Source: Somniosus microcephalus (Eukaryota). Taken from it: DNA of 64,000 bases. The number at the start of each line of letters is the position of its first letter. Position 1 is the stretch's first letter. Of this stretch, positions 51,352-64,000 are shown piece by piece. Location of the stretch: assembly GCA_052327205.1 (NCBI GenBank), contig CM126209.1, positions 144,150,001 through 144,214,000 of the forward strand. The letters are read 5' to 3'. The position numbers and the translations under genes were made by a program. The notes under the pieces were generated by a model that worked only from the letters and a program-made list of their open reading frames with translations, was not told the origin of the DNA and did no database searches.

Positions 51352-52332
51352 CAAAGATTCTCAAAAGGAATTTATTAGGATCGTGAAAATACAACAAAAA
51401 ATATTTCTAAAAACTATTATTGTCAATAATGGTTGAAATGAACTTATGAGATTTCCCTCTACTGCTACAAGATATAAATTCATTCAAACTACCCTTCTCA
51501 GTCCACCAATAATATTCCAAAGTGTTGGGTTATACTATCTGTTGCACTGTGACAGGTGGCTACATTGTCACATTAAAATGAAAATATTTGATGATTAAGT
51601 GTTTGAATTACATGCCACAGGACGACTAGGAAAATGATTTGATCTACTGTCTTCTGGGCAGGATCTGTAATTTTATAAAACACGATGACGTGCACAAATC
51701 TTCAAAATTTGGGGCAAGAGAAGAGAAAAATAAACTTTGCAAGCTATTTGGAAAATGGTTTACATAACCTGTCTAAGTGCAAGGTCAGGCATGTACTTTG
51801 CATGGAAAAGGAGCGAGAGGGGCAAGATGCTCGGCAGAGTGTTACTTGCCCTACAAACAGAAGTTCAGAAATAACTCTGGTCCTGTGCTGGCCCTTTATA
51901 ACATTTCAATTTTACAAATCACAATGCAAGTGCTGTTGCACTACGTTAGAATCAATAGTTAATACCCACGATAAATTTTTTAAGGGCCCAACAGTACTTC
52001 TACATCAGCAAAAAAAACTACAAGTTTTATTCCAAGAATGTCTTGTAAAATGTTAATCTGGGAATTTCCTCAATGCTACTGTAAAATATATATAATATAT
52101 ATATATAAAATAATTTCCATTAAGTTATTATGCAATGGGAAGCTTGCAAGTGTGTATGGTCAGCAAATGTCAATGTTGTAGTATTCCTGTATTATAGTTG
52201 GATAATCTCAAAAAAATGATCTGCAAGCCATGTTCATCTTAAAAGTACATTCCAACAAAATAGTCTACCACCAAAGATTCTCAAAAGGAATTTATTAGGA
52301 TTGTGAAAATACAACAAAAAATATTTCTAAAA
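51347..52332. repeat. 66-bp direct repeat pair (51347-51412 / 52267-52332)
   Basis: accaccaaagattctcaaaaggaatttattaggatYgtgaaaatacaacaaaaaatatttctaaaa, one mismatch. Confidence 0.92.
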
Positions 52333-55300
52333 CTTCTAAAATTAACTTCATTTCTGACAATTAAAAATTAAATCAGCACCATGCTTAATTGATATTAAAT
52401 GGCAGTAAATCAGTCAAATATTTTAGGTAAAGTTTTGAAACAGACTGGAAAGATAATGGTATCACATTTTGACACTTAGCAAGTTTTACAAACTGAGACT
52501 TTAAACTTAAAGCAAAGAAACTTACTAGCAGACTATTTTTGGTTTTCTTTTAATTGGTTCCTACTCATATACTGTAAACAGTAAATTAATTCCAAATTTG
52601 ACTCCTTGCCAAAAATGCATTTCTTTATGCACAAGCATTTTTCTTTGATAATAAAAGTGTCTAGCTTCAAAAAAGTTGGTAAAGATTGGAATTTACCGAT
52701 TCAAATTTTTAGAACTTTTAACTAGTGTACATCAGTCAGGCTCGCAAAGGAAAATGGGGGAAGAAACAAAAAGTACAAAATTAATATTTAAAAATCCCAG
52801 TTATTGCACATCACTCATCTACTAAATTTGCATCACGACACCTTTTGAATCTGTGGCACCTTGCAAAATGATGGCTATAAATGCAGCAGGCTTCTACTCT
52901 TAACTTTTATGCACAATTCAGGCCAACTCTAGCTGCTTGGCTGCAAGTCAAATGCACTGCAAAATATAAGGTTGTGTTTTCAAACAGATAGTCCTACACT
53001 GAAAGTCTGCACAGATTTAAATCTGAGGAAAGCCATTTTGTAGAACAATTTTTTGAGCCCTATTAGTTGTCACTGCTTGTATGAAAATAGCCACATTTGA
53101 TGTTTATTTCCATTGAGAATATGGTGGGCTTCAGAGAAGGCAGAATGGCTTTCAGTAAATACTATTCAAGCCAGTATTAACAGCCTTGGTCTGATTATAG
53201 CCAATGTGTCTTCGAACTGCTGCACTGCAAAGCTGCTGGCACTTGAAGCAAACTGGCAAGCACACAAATTCAAAATCACGTACAATACATGAGTGGAGGT
53301 GGGGCAGAATTCAGCTCACGACTTAAAACAAGGGCTGCCACAGCAATTGTTATATAGTTTGTAAATCATTCGAAAAATGTACTTTGATGAAATATAAGTC
53401 GTCTATAATCAGATTTGTGTGAAATGTATAGTTTATGCTTCTAATTATTAACCTCTTCTACAATCTTGATTAAAATCGAGCAAAATTACATTTGATTGCA
53501 TTTACCAATCTTGTCTGCTACAATTTTGTTTCCAAATTAAGTTTCCACCTTTGTGAAATCTGTTACAAAGTGGGTTGGATTACTTTATCCCAGCTTGGCA
53601 GTAGTATTGGATAAATCAGATTCTGCATGACTTGTTTGCAGTTAACATCAAACAAGGGGCATGTGGGGGATTGGGATGGGAATCCATCAGCAAATTTGGA
53701 TGCCTGATCAAGATTTTTGTTCTCAAGCAATTGCCTATTCTATATATTAGATGCAAGATAAACAAATTTTAAAAGGAAACCTTATGTAAATATATCTAAT
53801 ATTCAGGACTGACTTCTAATATGTTGATCTGTATAATTACAATTGAACAGCAATAGGGTTAGTGATGTTTATTGCCCAGTTTCACACTAGTTATAACACT
53901 GCTGCTGAAACGTTGTGCTACATGAATATAACAACTCCGATTACAGTAGCACCTAATTGTTTTAGTAAAAGGCAACTGGTAGGGCAAGGACTGGCAATGT
54001 CTGTTAAACTCAGTATTATAAAAACATACAAAAAAAAGGATGCATCAAATGTTACAATAAAAATTACTTAACAATACAATGTCATGTGTTGAATCTTGGA
54101 AACCCTCAAGTGGTAGATGAGAAATATCTAGATTCACAACTATCAAGAAATACCTACAATAAATGGCTAAACTCTCCCACTAAACAATGAAATATGAATG
54201 TGCTTAACGGTAATATTTAATACCCCATGTATACATTTTACTGTACAAATGTTCAAGAAGGATTTAAAACATTCCTTATGCAAGGTGTGGCTCTGATTCA
54301 AATGACTTGAGCCAGGAATTATTGTTTACACATGTTTAGAACAATGCAGCCCTTGCTTCACTCACGACGGAAAAGCATAGTTCTGAAAACTTTACCACAA
54401 TGGTTGCAGAATTCTATAAACAAACCACACAAAAGCCAAATAGTCTAAACTATATAACAAAGAATTTTATCTCTACATAATCCCAAATGACAAGGTCACA
54501 ACTGACTGAAGAACTACAGAAAGAAAGCTGGGGAAAGCCCAGAAAGAACAAAACAAGACCTTTACAGTGATTAGTGATCTAGAATGTATGTAATACTTTC
54601 AACTTGCCAGCAACAGATAATGCACATGAATGCAACAGTCACTAGCAACCAGTAAGACATGTAAAACATTTTTATAGGTTGTACTGCAAAAAGAAAACAA
54701 ACCAATTATGTATATTGTATTAATACTGTGATACTATAAAGTGCAGAATAATCTGTGCCTTTAGAATGTTCTAAAATACACTATTAACCAAACAGGAAAT
54801 GTAATCTGGAAGAGTTGGCCCCCTTAAAATGTTGTCATTGACATGTCACTCACTCAGATTCCACTTAACATTAAGTTGACCCCTTCCCCCTACAAAGCAA
54901 ATAAATGCAATTTCCTCTCTTTACAGGTAACAGTAATTTAGGCAATAGCTTGCTACATGAATGCACTCACATTAAACGTTCCCTATCAATTGTTAATTAT
55001 GTACCATCTGATAGAATGCATATAATTTGACAACTAATCTAAATACATTAAATACCAGTAACTCACATTCACAGTTAAGAGCAAAATTATCATAAACCTA
55101 ACTTAAAATGTGCTACTTGCTTTGTTAATCATAGGTTAACATTTGTCTGTAAAAATCAAACAACTTTGCAATTTTCATTTAAATGCCTTTTTTAATAATT
55201 TGCTTCATGTTCACAGAAGTTCCACTGACCAGTTTTATATGTTTAAGGTCCAGATGCAATGCATATTGTATAAAAGAGAGCACTTAATAGTTTTACCTTG

Positions 55301-55343
55301 CATGAATAAACCTATGTACCTTTTAACTCTACAGACTTCTGCA

Positions 55344-55486
55344 NNNNNNNNNNNNNNNNNNNNNNNNNNNNNNNNNNNNNNNNNNNNNNNNNNNNNNNNN
55401 NNNNNNNNNNNNNNNNNNNNNNNNNNNNNNNNNNNNNNNNNNNNNNNNNNNNNNNNNNNNNNNNNNNNNNNNNNNNNNNNNNNNNN
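55344..55486. other. Assembly gap (143 N)
   Basis: Run of N. Confidence 0.99.
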
Positions 55487-55855
55487 TTATTTACGTGTTC
55501 TTCTAAAATATCTCTCATTTTGTGCTAAGTCAAATGTTAGCTCACATGAAAAGGACTTATTTCATTATAATTCAGCATATTATCTGACGATTGCAAACAC
55601 TTTTAATAGCTTGAACGTGTACAAAAGTCTTGGTTAATTAGGGAAATAAACACTCAGTTTTTTTTATCAAGTAGGAAACACAGTTCATAATGTTATTACT
55701 TAGCAGCTGCTTACGGTTTACACGGTTGATAAGTGGACGAACATCCAGCGATGGGTGACAAGTCGAACTGTCAGTTGTGGAGGTTTGGTGGGCGGTGCTC
55801 CCTCGGAGTTAAACAGTTACAGTTTTACAGGAAGTGTTTTTATTACAGTTATATA

Positions 55856-56656
55856 TCAGTCTTCCTCCCCATCATCTCCGGGAGCTTCTTCTTGCTGTTC
55901 AGATCTTTTCTCCCGCTGTTTCTCCTGTATTTTCTTCATCTCCTCTGCGTATTTACTGAAAGTATTTCCAAACTTGGCCCACACTTTGTACGGTATCGTG
56001 ATAGAATTGCGGTATGATGGTTTCACCTCACTTACTCTCATAAAAACGCCATACTTGTTTGACCCAACGTCAAAGAAAAATCGCTTGTTGTCCACAGTGA
56101 GAGATGTCCCTTCGGGTAGCTCAGTGGGTTCCTCTTCGATGCCATAATCGTCGATTAGTTTAGCGAGTGCATCACGGAATTCAATCAGCCCCTGAGCGGG
56201 TAGGGCGATAGTTTGACCCTGCGAACCAAGGCCATGTCCCCGGTTCACGGTCTGGCGGATCCGTAGGAACCGGCCCCGTTGGTTCTCTTTTAAATCCATG
56301 TAATATTTGCGGTTTTCCCGCACCAAGAATTCACTTTTCAGAGCTCGCCTGGGCTCGTCCGTCTGCATGTCCGGGTTACTGGGGCCGAGCTGTGCGTAAT
56401 GTTCGATGAAATCGCCCAGGTAATCGCGGAACTCCACGGCAACAGACATGGAGAGAGTTAGGCGACTTTTATTGCCTCCTGCGCCCACCTCCGCTATCTT
56501 CAGGAAACGGCCTTTTACATTCTGCTTCACGTCCAGGTAGAAGCGCTTGTTCTGGATGTCCACCCTCTTGGAAGCCAATTCCTGCGTCTCCTGCTGCAGC
56601 TGCTGCAAGCTCGAGCTGGCCGCCCCTTGCTCGCTTCCACTGTCTCTATCCGCCAT
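55856..56656 (-). CDS. PURA: Transcriptional activator protein Pur-alpha (266 aa, single coding exon)
   Basis: [11 protein letters not shown] start and three PUR repeats ([24 protein letters not shown]; [32 protein letters not shown]; [34 protein letters not shown]). Alpha-type residues ([28 protein letters not shown]) and Kozak accatcATGG. Confidence 0.97.
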   Translation of the reverse strand: MADRDSGSEQGAASSSLQQLQQETQELASKRVDIQNKRFYLDVKQNVKGRFLKIAEVGAGGNKSRLTLSMSVAVEFRDYLGDFIEHYAQLGPSNPDMQTDEPRRALKSEFLVRENRKYYMDLKENQRGRFLRIRQTVNRGHGLGSQGQTIALPAQGLIEFRDALAKLIDDYGIEEEPTELPEGTSLTVDNKRFFFDVGSNKYGVFMRVSEVKPSYRNSITIPYKVWAKFGNTFSKYAEEMKKIQEKQREKRSEQQEEAPGDDGEED

Positions 56657-56702
56657 GATGGTAGCCTTCTTCCAAACTCCCAGCAGCCGGTGTTCTCGCG
56701 AG

Positions 56703-56735
56703 ACTACAGCGAGGGAAGAGACACTCCGTTAGAAC
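56703..56735 (-). promoter_or_regulatory. 3' splice site in the PURA 5'UTR
   Basis: Minus strand shows a ttCTAAC branch point (56732-56728), pyrimidine tract tgtctcttccctcgctgtag and AG at 56705-56704, 47 nt before the ATG. Confidence 0.7.
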
Positions 56736-56960
56736 CTTGCTCATTGGTGGAGCGCACCAAAACACCGCGTCGCCGGCCAATCACTAGTTGCTTTACAAGC
56801 GTCCGACCTCGCGGTCTGCCTCCAACTGCTCAAGTATCGCGGAAAGCAGCTGCTGGCTGCCCTCGACAAAGTGAGACATTGAACCACCGACAATACGGGC
56901 GAAGTGATGGAAAAAGGATTTTGTTCCCGTTCGATTGCAATGAGGTTTTTTTTTAGCCGT
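56736..56960 (-). promoter_or_regulatory. CpG-rich proximal promoter region of PURA
   Basis: CpG-dense, with two CCAAT boxes (attgg ~56743; ccaat ~56777). Confidence 0.5.
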
Positions 56961-59900
56961 CCCATTTTGCTCCCATAGGAAAAAATGTTCAGTGCTATTG
57001 AAACTCTCCCACAGTGATAACATAATATGCTAATCTCAGGTATTATTACCTGATAATTAAACCAATTTTGATAAACACTTAGGGTCAACAAATGTTGAAA
57101 CATAAACATAATGCCAAACGTAATGCAACTATGTTATTGTGATACATATAAATATCAGCAGTTGATAACCAAAATGGCTGCATTCCCTAATGAATCCATA
57201 AAGCTATTACATACATAATATACAGTAAATAAATCAGAGGCACTTCATGTATTGGAACTCGTTCACTGACACTCCATCTAGTCACTATTTTGTTTTACAC
57301 ATGAAATATTATGCATATCTCAAACCAAACTACAGTAATAGACATTACTTTTACCACAGACTGGAAAACAATCAAGAAAATCCAAATTATAATAGATTAT
57401 ATTGCACTTTTCCTTTTTTTTAACTATTACTCAGGTTGATTTAAATGGGGCAATATAGTCACTCCAAGTTACTACATTATTTTCACAATGAATTTGAAAC
57501 TCTTCCCCATAATTGATGTGTACCGTTCCCTGATAATTTGGCAATATCTTACGTGAAATTACATTGCAGTAAACGAATGGTTGTACACTGCGTATTTTCA
57601 CTAAGTCAATGTGCAGTAATTGTATGTTTCATATTTGATGAGTTATTCCATATTCAAAGCAAATTGCATTGCTGCCTTATTCTACCATCAATTTTGATTG
57701 AAAATGAATATCACAACATAAATGAAAACGATCGACACATTATTAAAGATGCTACAAAAATATAACTGTGAAGAAAAGCCTGGTAACACATTATATTGTG
57801 GCCTTATTGTCCGTTTAGTAATGTTTACATGTTGTTTTTTAACATGAAATTTAACAACAGTAGTTTGGGGTTTCAAGATTTTTTAAATTACTAGAATATA
57901 AATCTTTACATACTATATCTGATCAATTATAAACGTTTCTGATCAATAAAAAGCTTAACTTTTATGGCATTTCTTCAAACCTGTCCTACTTACTAGAATC
58001 CATTGCCTTCTCAATATGTTCATGATTAATAAACTAGGCAACATCATCTGTATTTTACGAAATGCTCCTGGAAATGATCCTAACAGATTGAAACTCAAAG
58101 AAAAGTCGACACATTAGAAATCTTCACAGAAGGGGATCAATAACTAGGAATATTAATTTCTATAAAGTATGTTTGTGATTCAGCATTAAAAGTAATGGAA
58201 GCAGTCGTGTATGTAATCGCAAATTCATCAAAATCTAATTGGTGGTTAACACAGAGATCCAAATCCGCACGGGATTAATCAATGAATTTTATTTTCTACA
58301 ATGAAAGTAAAGTTACACTAAGAAATCTAGCTCTCTATTCCATAAGGTACGATTGAACTTTTCATGTAGTTTAATTAAGTAGTCCTAATAATATTACATT
58401 TAGAAAAAGATACCTTGTATACTTGCATCGTTTTCACTTATTAGATGCGCGAGTACTTTGTTCGGTATACTGAACTGTGGCAAATAAAATCACAGACCAG
58501 ACGACAATTTATGTTGCATAGTTTCTGATTAAATATTCTAACATGTTAAAACCATATTTTCCCATTTCAGGTAACTAATATATCTACTTTTAATAAAACT
58601 TTGCATTGCATCGTTATTCCAAGAGATAATATGGCTGCTGGTGGATGAGGTTGTCTAATCAGGAAACTTCAGACATCGCGACTGTGTGGGGCAGGCTTGA
58701 TGGACCAGATGGTCTTTCCCTGCCTGTCATTTTCGTAAGTTCGGATAATTTAGTAGCTTGAATTAATAGGTTAACGTAAATGGAAACTAGATTAGTTCGG
58801 AAAGAGAACGGGTTTGAAAGCAAAACGATCGTGGTGTTTGGCAAAATAAGCTTCTGAAAGCGCAAAATTCCCGGTTAATAAGCAACAAGCAATAATTAAC
58901 GTTTTTTAAGGGGCTTCCGGAAAGCCTGATACCAACACTAAAGTCAACAGTCTTAATTTTACCTACAGAGTAAATCCGTGTTTCTAATTTATATCATATC
59001 CAAATGGAAAATATGTTTTATAAAACCTCGTGAAGAAATTCGCCGCTCATTTTGAATAATTTTATTTAAACTTATCGGAAACGAAATGATTCAAACTCAA
59101 ATATGTAGGCAATGCAAAATATTTCCCTTTAAACTTTTTTTTATAACGGATTTATTTATTTCAGATAATATATACACCATATGTATTTACTCAGCTTAAG
59201 GCTTAAGCCGCGGTTGGTCGTGACTCCGTTTACTTTTTCATTTAGTAGGCAATATCCACGCTGAATGGAAACGTTGCATCTTTTAAAAAATAATTTAGTT
59301 ACTCAAAAGATCAATATTTAAATGATTTAATTTGCCACTTTTTATTCCTCAGATTGTTCACTTGATTTCCGTAAATAGACAAAAGTCAGAATTTTGCAAT
59401 AGCCAATGCCTTATCAGAATACCAGTCTTCCGCCTCGATCAGAACTTCTGTTTCATTGTAAAGAATAGATCAGATCAAAGAACGTGCCAAAACTATTCCA
59501 AGTCAGACAATGTAGTAATAATGCCAGTAATGGGTTATGCTTCATTGTAAAATGTTGGACCAACGTTGGCTTCAACCCAGGGATCATAAGCCACATTGAA
59601 AAAGGGTTGCTGTTTTACAGCAGTGTGTGTGTTGCTCTATCAGTCGCCAAACTATCTGTTCCATAAATTTGACTGATGAGGAACCTCAGTTTTATACTCT
59701 GCAGCGAGCGAACATTTAGTTCCGTTTTTACAGTGTTAAAAAAGTTAAGGCAGGGCCGTCACTTCTATAAGTGCTAGTTCTTTCTTTTGTGAAAAATAAC
59801 TTCTCTTAAAGGCCGAAAAGGTTAAGAAAAATGTTTTCTCACGGTTGTAAGACGAAGCTTTCGTCGATTTATTTGAACGTTTATCTTATAGTGAGCTTTC

Positions 59901-61584
59901 CGCCAATGATTGTGTATATACCACATCAAACTCAAATGTAATGACTCCAACTTATTAAAATGATGATGTTTACAAAATGCGACAAGTGGTATACGTCAAA
60001 TACAAAATTCTACAGAACGTTCTTTTAATGAATAGTCCATTTGAAAAGTGTATGATGTTTTTCAAAATAGATCATCTGTAAACTATCGAGAAGGGTAGTC
60101 TGTCTTTTTCTTGTCTTGCATATAGCGTACTTCAAAATAATTGAATGGAAAGTCGCGCGTTAATTCCAAGTGTTTAAATGACTGAGCCTGTTTGATCCAC
60201 TTAAAGTAACAATCTTTAAGTTTAACATTTGATAAGCAATTTCTATAAGCGACTCCTCATGCCGGTCCCTCAAAAGACAAGCAGCATGTCTAGTTTTTCT
60301 ACTGGAGTTTTATAAAGGCAGGTTCCTTAATCACAATAACTTTGAGGTACGTTTTTAAAACAGATTTGCACTTTTGATACTACAGTCTAATAAAAAAAAT
60401 AAAGACAAAGTTTATACATTAGACCCTTAACATACTGAAATCATTTGAACAAGTTATATAGATTGTGTGTTGCTTTTTGGTACTTTAGCAAGATAGATTT
60501 CTCATTGACGCGTGAGGAAAGTGCATATGCGATGATAGCGTATCTTCACCACAGGGTACAGAATAAATTAACAACATCTTGCATTTTTGGAATAGTCGCA
60601 GAAACCAACCGTGGGTATTTTGGTCATACCAACGCATGGAATTGTGACCAACACCCGTAGCAATCAGGACGCCTTTACGAAAATAATTTCATAGGCCTCT
60701 ACAGTTTACTGTTTTCTTAATGAGAAATGCCAACCCAGTTGATTAAATATATATATATATTATTACTTTATCGTCTGTCTTTTTAATCTTCAGGGAACGC
60801 TGAGGCGAGAATGTTGAGCGCGCTTTTGTATTCCAAATGCAACAACTTTCTCGCTCCATGTTTCTCAAACTATTTTACTGCATTATATTCCCAACCAAAA
60901 CTAGTCAATCAGTTGCAACACATTTATATCTACTTCTAAACAGTTTTACAAGTTGTCAGGTATCAAGTTATTTACATAATAAAGAAGGTTAATGATTTGC
61001 GTCTTTGTCAACTGCTAATACAAATATTGAAATAATATAATGAACAAAGGTGCATGGGTTATTGATAATTAATTTTATTTACAAAAAGAGGAAATCTTTA
61101 AAAGATTACAATTAGATTGCAGTTTTACTCATAGTGATAAGAGGATGAGCATTTTCGCAATTAAAGGCCGGAATTGATAACCAAAGCGAAAACATGATTA
61201 AGGCTTAAAACATACCCGCTAGCTGGATATTTTACTAAATATGCTTTATTAAAATCTCCAACCAAAGTATTGTAATAATTTGCATTTAAGTCAAACCCAT
61301 TCCCCTTAAAAAGGGTTAAAAACCTTTTTTCTAAAATGCAGTATAATATTTCCATATTTCTTATATTTATAGCCTGTTGACCTTAGCACAATATATTAAC
61401 CAAAACATTGATAGAGGTTTCACTGAAGCAAAGCTCCATCCACCAATAGGATGGGACTTTTGTAACCCCAAACTGAGCTAGCAGTAATATAGCTGCCTTT
61501 TTAAAAAATGAAGAAAATATATAATGCCCACTTGACATGCAGAAAGGATCAGTAAAATAATAAACAGAAGGACTGCGACCTTAC

Positions 61585-61870
61585 CCTGCAGCTTTTCTGC
61601 TCGCAGACTCTGCAGATATAGGTGTGATTACCTGTCAGAACTATGATGGCCGAACAGTGAAGTGCAGTTTTATTAGGAAGGCCTGATCAGAGTGCTGCCA
61701 CCTTGGCACAATCGATGGTGAGAGAAAGAGAAAGCGACTCGTCTCACGACATTACGTTCTCCTGCGTCCGACACGATCTCTTGTACGTCAGGGCAACGTA
61801 CTGCATGCTCCCGGAACTTCCAGCAGGAATCGAGGAGCTGCTGCTGATTTACTCAGAAGGTCACTTGTAA
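61585..61870 (-). promoter_or_regulatory. Candidate distal PURA promoter / non-coding first exon
   Basis: CpG cluster with CRE-like tacgtca and ETS-like ccggaa; minus donors AGG|GTAAGG (61585) and CAG|GTAATC (61632). Confidence 0.45.
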
Positions 61871-62699
61871 CAAGGGAGTATTTTTTTTCCCATTTGCTCA
61901 TCATAACTTTACATTTTATATTTTTGTAACGAGCGCACCCGAAGAGACTAAACGTAAATGGGAAGTAGCTGCTGCATTTCTTATTGTGGAATTCTCGATA
62001 ACGTGCTCTACCAGGAGTGGTGTTAAACCCGCAATCAAATGTTTTTCACCCTGTAATGTCTTAATGCGAGATAGACGGTGCTTTGGGTATTTTTTAGGTG
62101 CCTCAGTGAAACGATTCGCATGTATATTGTATAAAAGCTGATACTTAAAGTTCTGAAATGTGCCACTTTCAATACTGTATGGTTAAAATGGAAACTGACG
62201 AGAAAAAAAGTGAAATTTCTGTAGTTCAACCCCAATACAGGACTAAAGCTGTTGACGTATGATGTTGATGCGCTTGATGACATCTGTCGGTAATTTATCC
62301 AGTTTCACATATCTATGACATTGCTGCAATCTCTGTCTTTTGTGTAAAACAGCCCAGCATATTCACGTACATACAATTTTACTAATATGACATTTAAAAA
62401 AATGTTTCCTTATGTCTGTACATCGCAATTGTGACAAAAATCGCGGTTGCAAGCCAACAATACGGGTTGACTGGAAGAATCATGTTTACAAAATCAATGC
62501 TTTCATGGTTGCACAGAACTGGATATTTTTGTGTATATTGTCACAGGAAGACAGTTGTGTAAATCTTGGAAATGGAAGAGAGTAACACTAGCACTTTTAA
62601 AATGGCACATCAGGTCAAGGAAGTGGATTCAGATAGTGGAGTAGTTACTGATGGACTTGGTAGATATGTTCACATAGAGCAGTTTGTGCCAGACTCCGT

Positions 62700-64000
62700 A
62701 GGTGAGACACCACTGAAAGAGAAAAAGGCTGAAGTTGAAGGGAATAAGGTAAATAGGGAGAGTGAAAGTGATATTGGCTGAAAATTAAAGGAAGCTACAC
62801 AAGAGGAAAGGAAGTCAGAATCAAGGATAGTCTGGAGGATGAGTTCATGGAATGTATTCAAGACAGTTTCCTAGGACAATAAGTCATGGAACCAACCAGG
62901 GAACAAGCTATTTTAGGTCTTTTTTGTGTAATGAGACATGGTTAATTAGTAATCTTTTAGTAAAGGATCCTCTAGGGAAGAGTGATCATAATATGTCAGA
63001 CTTTCACATTGAGTTTGAAAGTGACATTCTTAAGTCCGACACTAGAGTCTTAAACTTAAACAAAGCCAATTATGTAGGTATGCGGGGCGAGTTGGCTAAG
63101 GTAGATTGGGAAATTAGATTAAAAGGTATGACAGTAGATAAGCAGTGGCAATCACTTAAAGAAATATTCCAGAATTCTCAATGAATATACATTCCATTGG
63201 GAAATAAAAACTCCAAGGGAAAAGTGATTCCTCCATGGCTAACTAAAGAAGTTAAGGATAGTATTAGATTAACAGCAGGGGTTTATAATGTTGCAAAGAA
63301 TAGTAGTAAGCCTGAGGATTGGGAGGGCTTTAGAAACTAGCAAAGGATGATCAAAAAATAAGGGAGAAAATAGAATACGAGAGTAAGTTAGCAAGAAATA
63401 TAAAAAAAACAGATTGTAAGAGCTTCAAGTATGTAAAAAATAAGAGAGTAGCAAAAGTAAGCATTGGCCCCTTAGAGGCTGAGACAGGAGAAATTATATT
63501 GGGGAACAAGGAAATGGCAGAGACTTTAAACAAGTATTTTTATCTGTCTTCACAGTAGAAGACACAGAAAGTATACCAAAAATAGTGGGGAACCAAGGGG
63601 CTAATGAGAGTGAGGAACTTAAAGTAATTAATATCAGTAGATAAACAGTACTTGAGAAATTAATGGGACTGAAAGCTGACAAATCCCCTGGACCTGATGG
63701 CCTATATCTTAGGGTTCTAAAAGAGGTGGCTGCAGAGATAGTGGATGCATTGGTTGTGATCTTCCAAAATTCCCTAGATTCAGGAACGGTCCCGGCGGAT
63801 TGGAAGGTAGCAAATGTAACTCCGCTATTCAAGAAAGGAGGGAGAGAGAAAGCAGGGAACTACAGGCCAGTTAGCCTGATACCAGTCATTGGGAAAAATG
63901 CTGGAATCCATTATTAAGGAAGTGGTAACAGGGTACTTAGAAAATCATAATATGATTAGGCAGAGTAACATGGTTTTATGAAAGGGAAATCGTGTTTGAC
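62700..64000 (+). mobile_element. CR1-type LINE ORF2 (EN-linker-RT start), truncated by window end
   Basis: PLGKSDHNM, LNLNKANY, KSPGPDG, VPADWKVANVTPLFKKG and NYRPVSL motifs, with stops and frameshifts. Confidence 0.93.

Larger units (their letters stand above)
50100..55855 (-). other. Probable long PURA 3'UTR
   Basis: AT-rich unique sequence almost free of transposons directly downstream of the stop, with several minus-strand AATAAA (e.g. 55839-55844, 52291-52296, 51371-51376). Vertebrate PURA is known to have a multi-kb 3'UTR. The distal end cannot be fixed from sequence. Confidence 0.55.

Noticed and set aside
51685-52056. 123-aa plus-strand ORF
   Set aside because: Antisense to the probable PURA UTR, with no recognisable motif or splice context.
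55143-55637. ORFs spanning X runs
   Set aside because: Artefacts of the N gap.
50100-55855. IGIP small ORF expected downstream of PURA from mammalian synteny
   Set aside because: No minus-strand ORF resembling IGIP could be recognised by eye; a tblastn would be needed.
55733-56956. Plus-strand ORFs overlapping PURA
   Set aside because: Antisense shadows of a GC-rich CDS and promoter.

Overview
AT-rich vertebrate genomic DNA, most likely from a shark or other cartilaginous fish (inferred from the repeat families). The only intact protein-coding gene I can support is PURA (Pur-alpha; minus strand, 55856-56656, one coding exon). It has a clear 3' splice site in its 5'UTR, a candidate distal first exon/promoter near 61.6-61.9 kb, and a long, nearly repeat-free presumptive 3'UTR containing a 143-N gap. 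The rest is dominated by CR1/L2-type LINE fragments, tRNA- and Deu-type SINEs, Penelope-derived elements carrying minimal hammerhead-ribozyme cores, and two pairs of inverted hAT-type non-autonomous elements. The most notable unexplained signal is a series of minus-strand, splice-site-bounded, stop-depleted segments between about 1.6 and 39.7 kb. They look like the fossil of a large multi-exon gene that I cannot identify; one exon regains its reading frame when a hAT insertion and one TSD are removed. There are also two complex inverted/direct micro-duplications with template-switch signatures, one inside the probable PURA 3'UTR. All repeat-family names come from recognition by eye, not from database searches.
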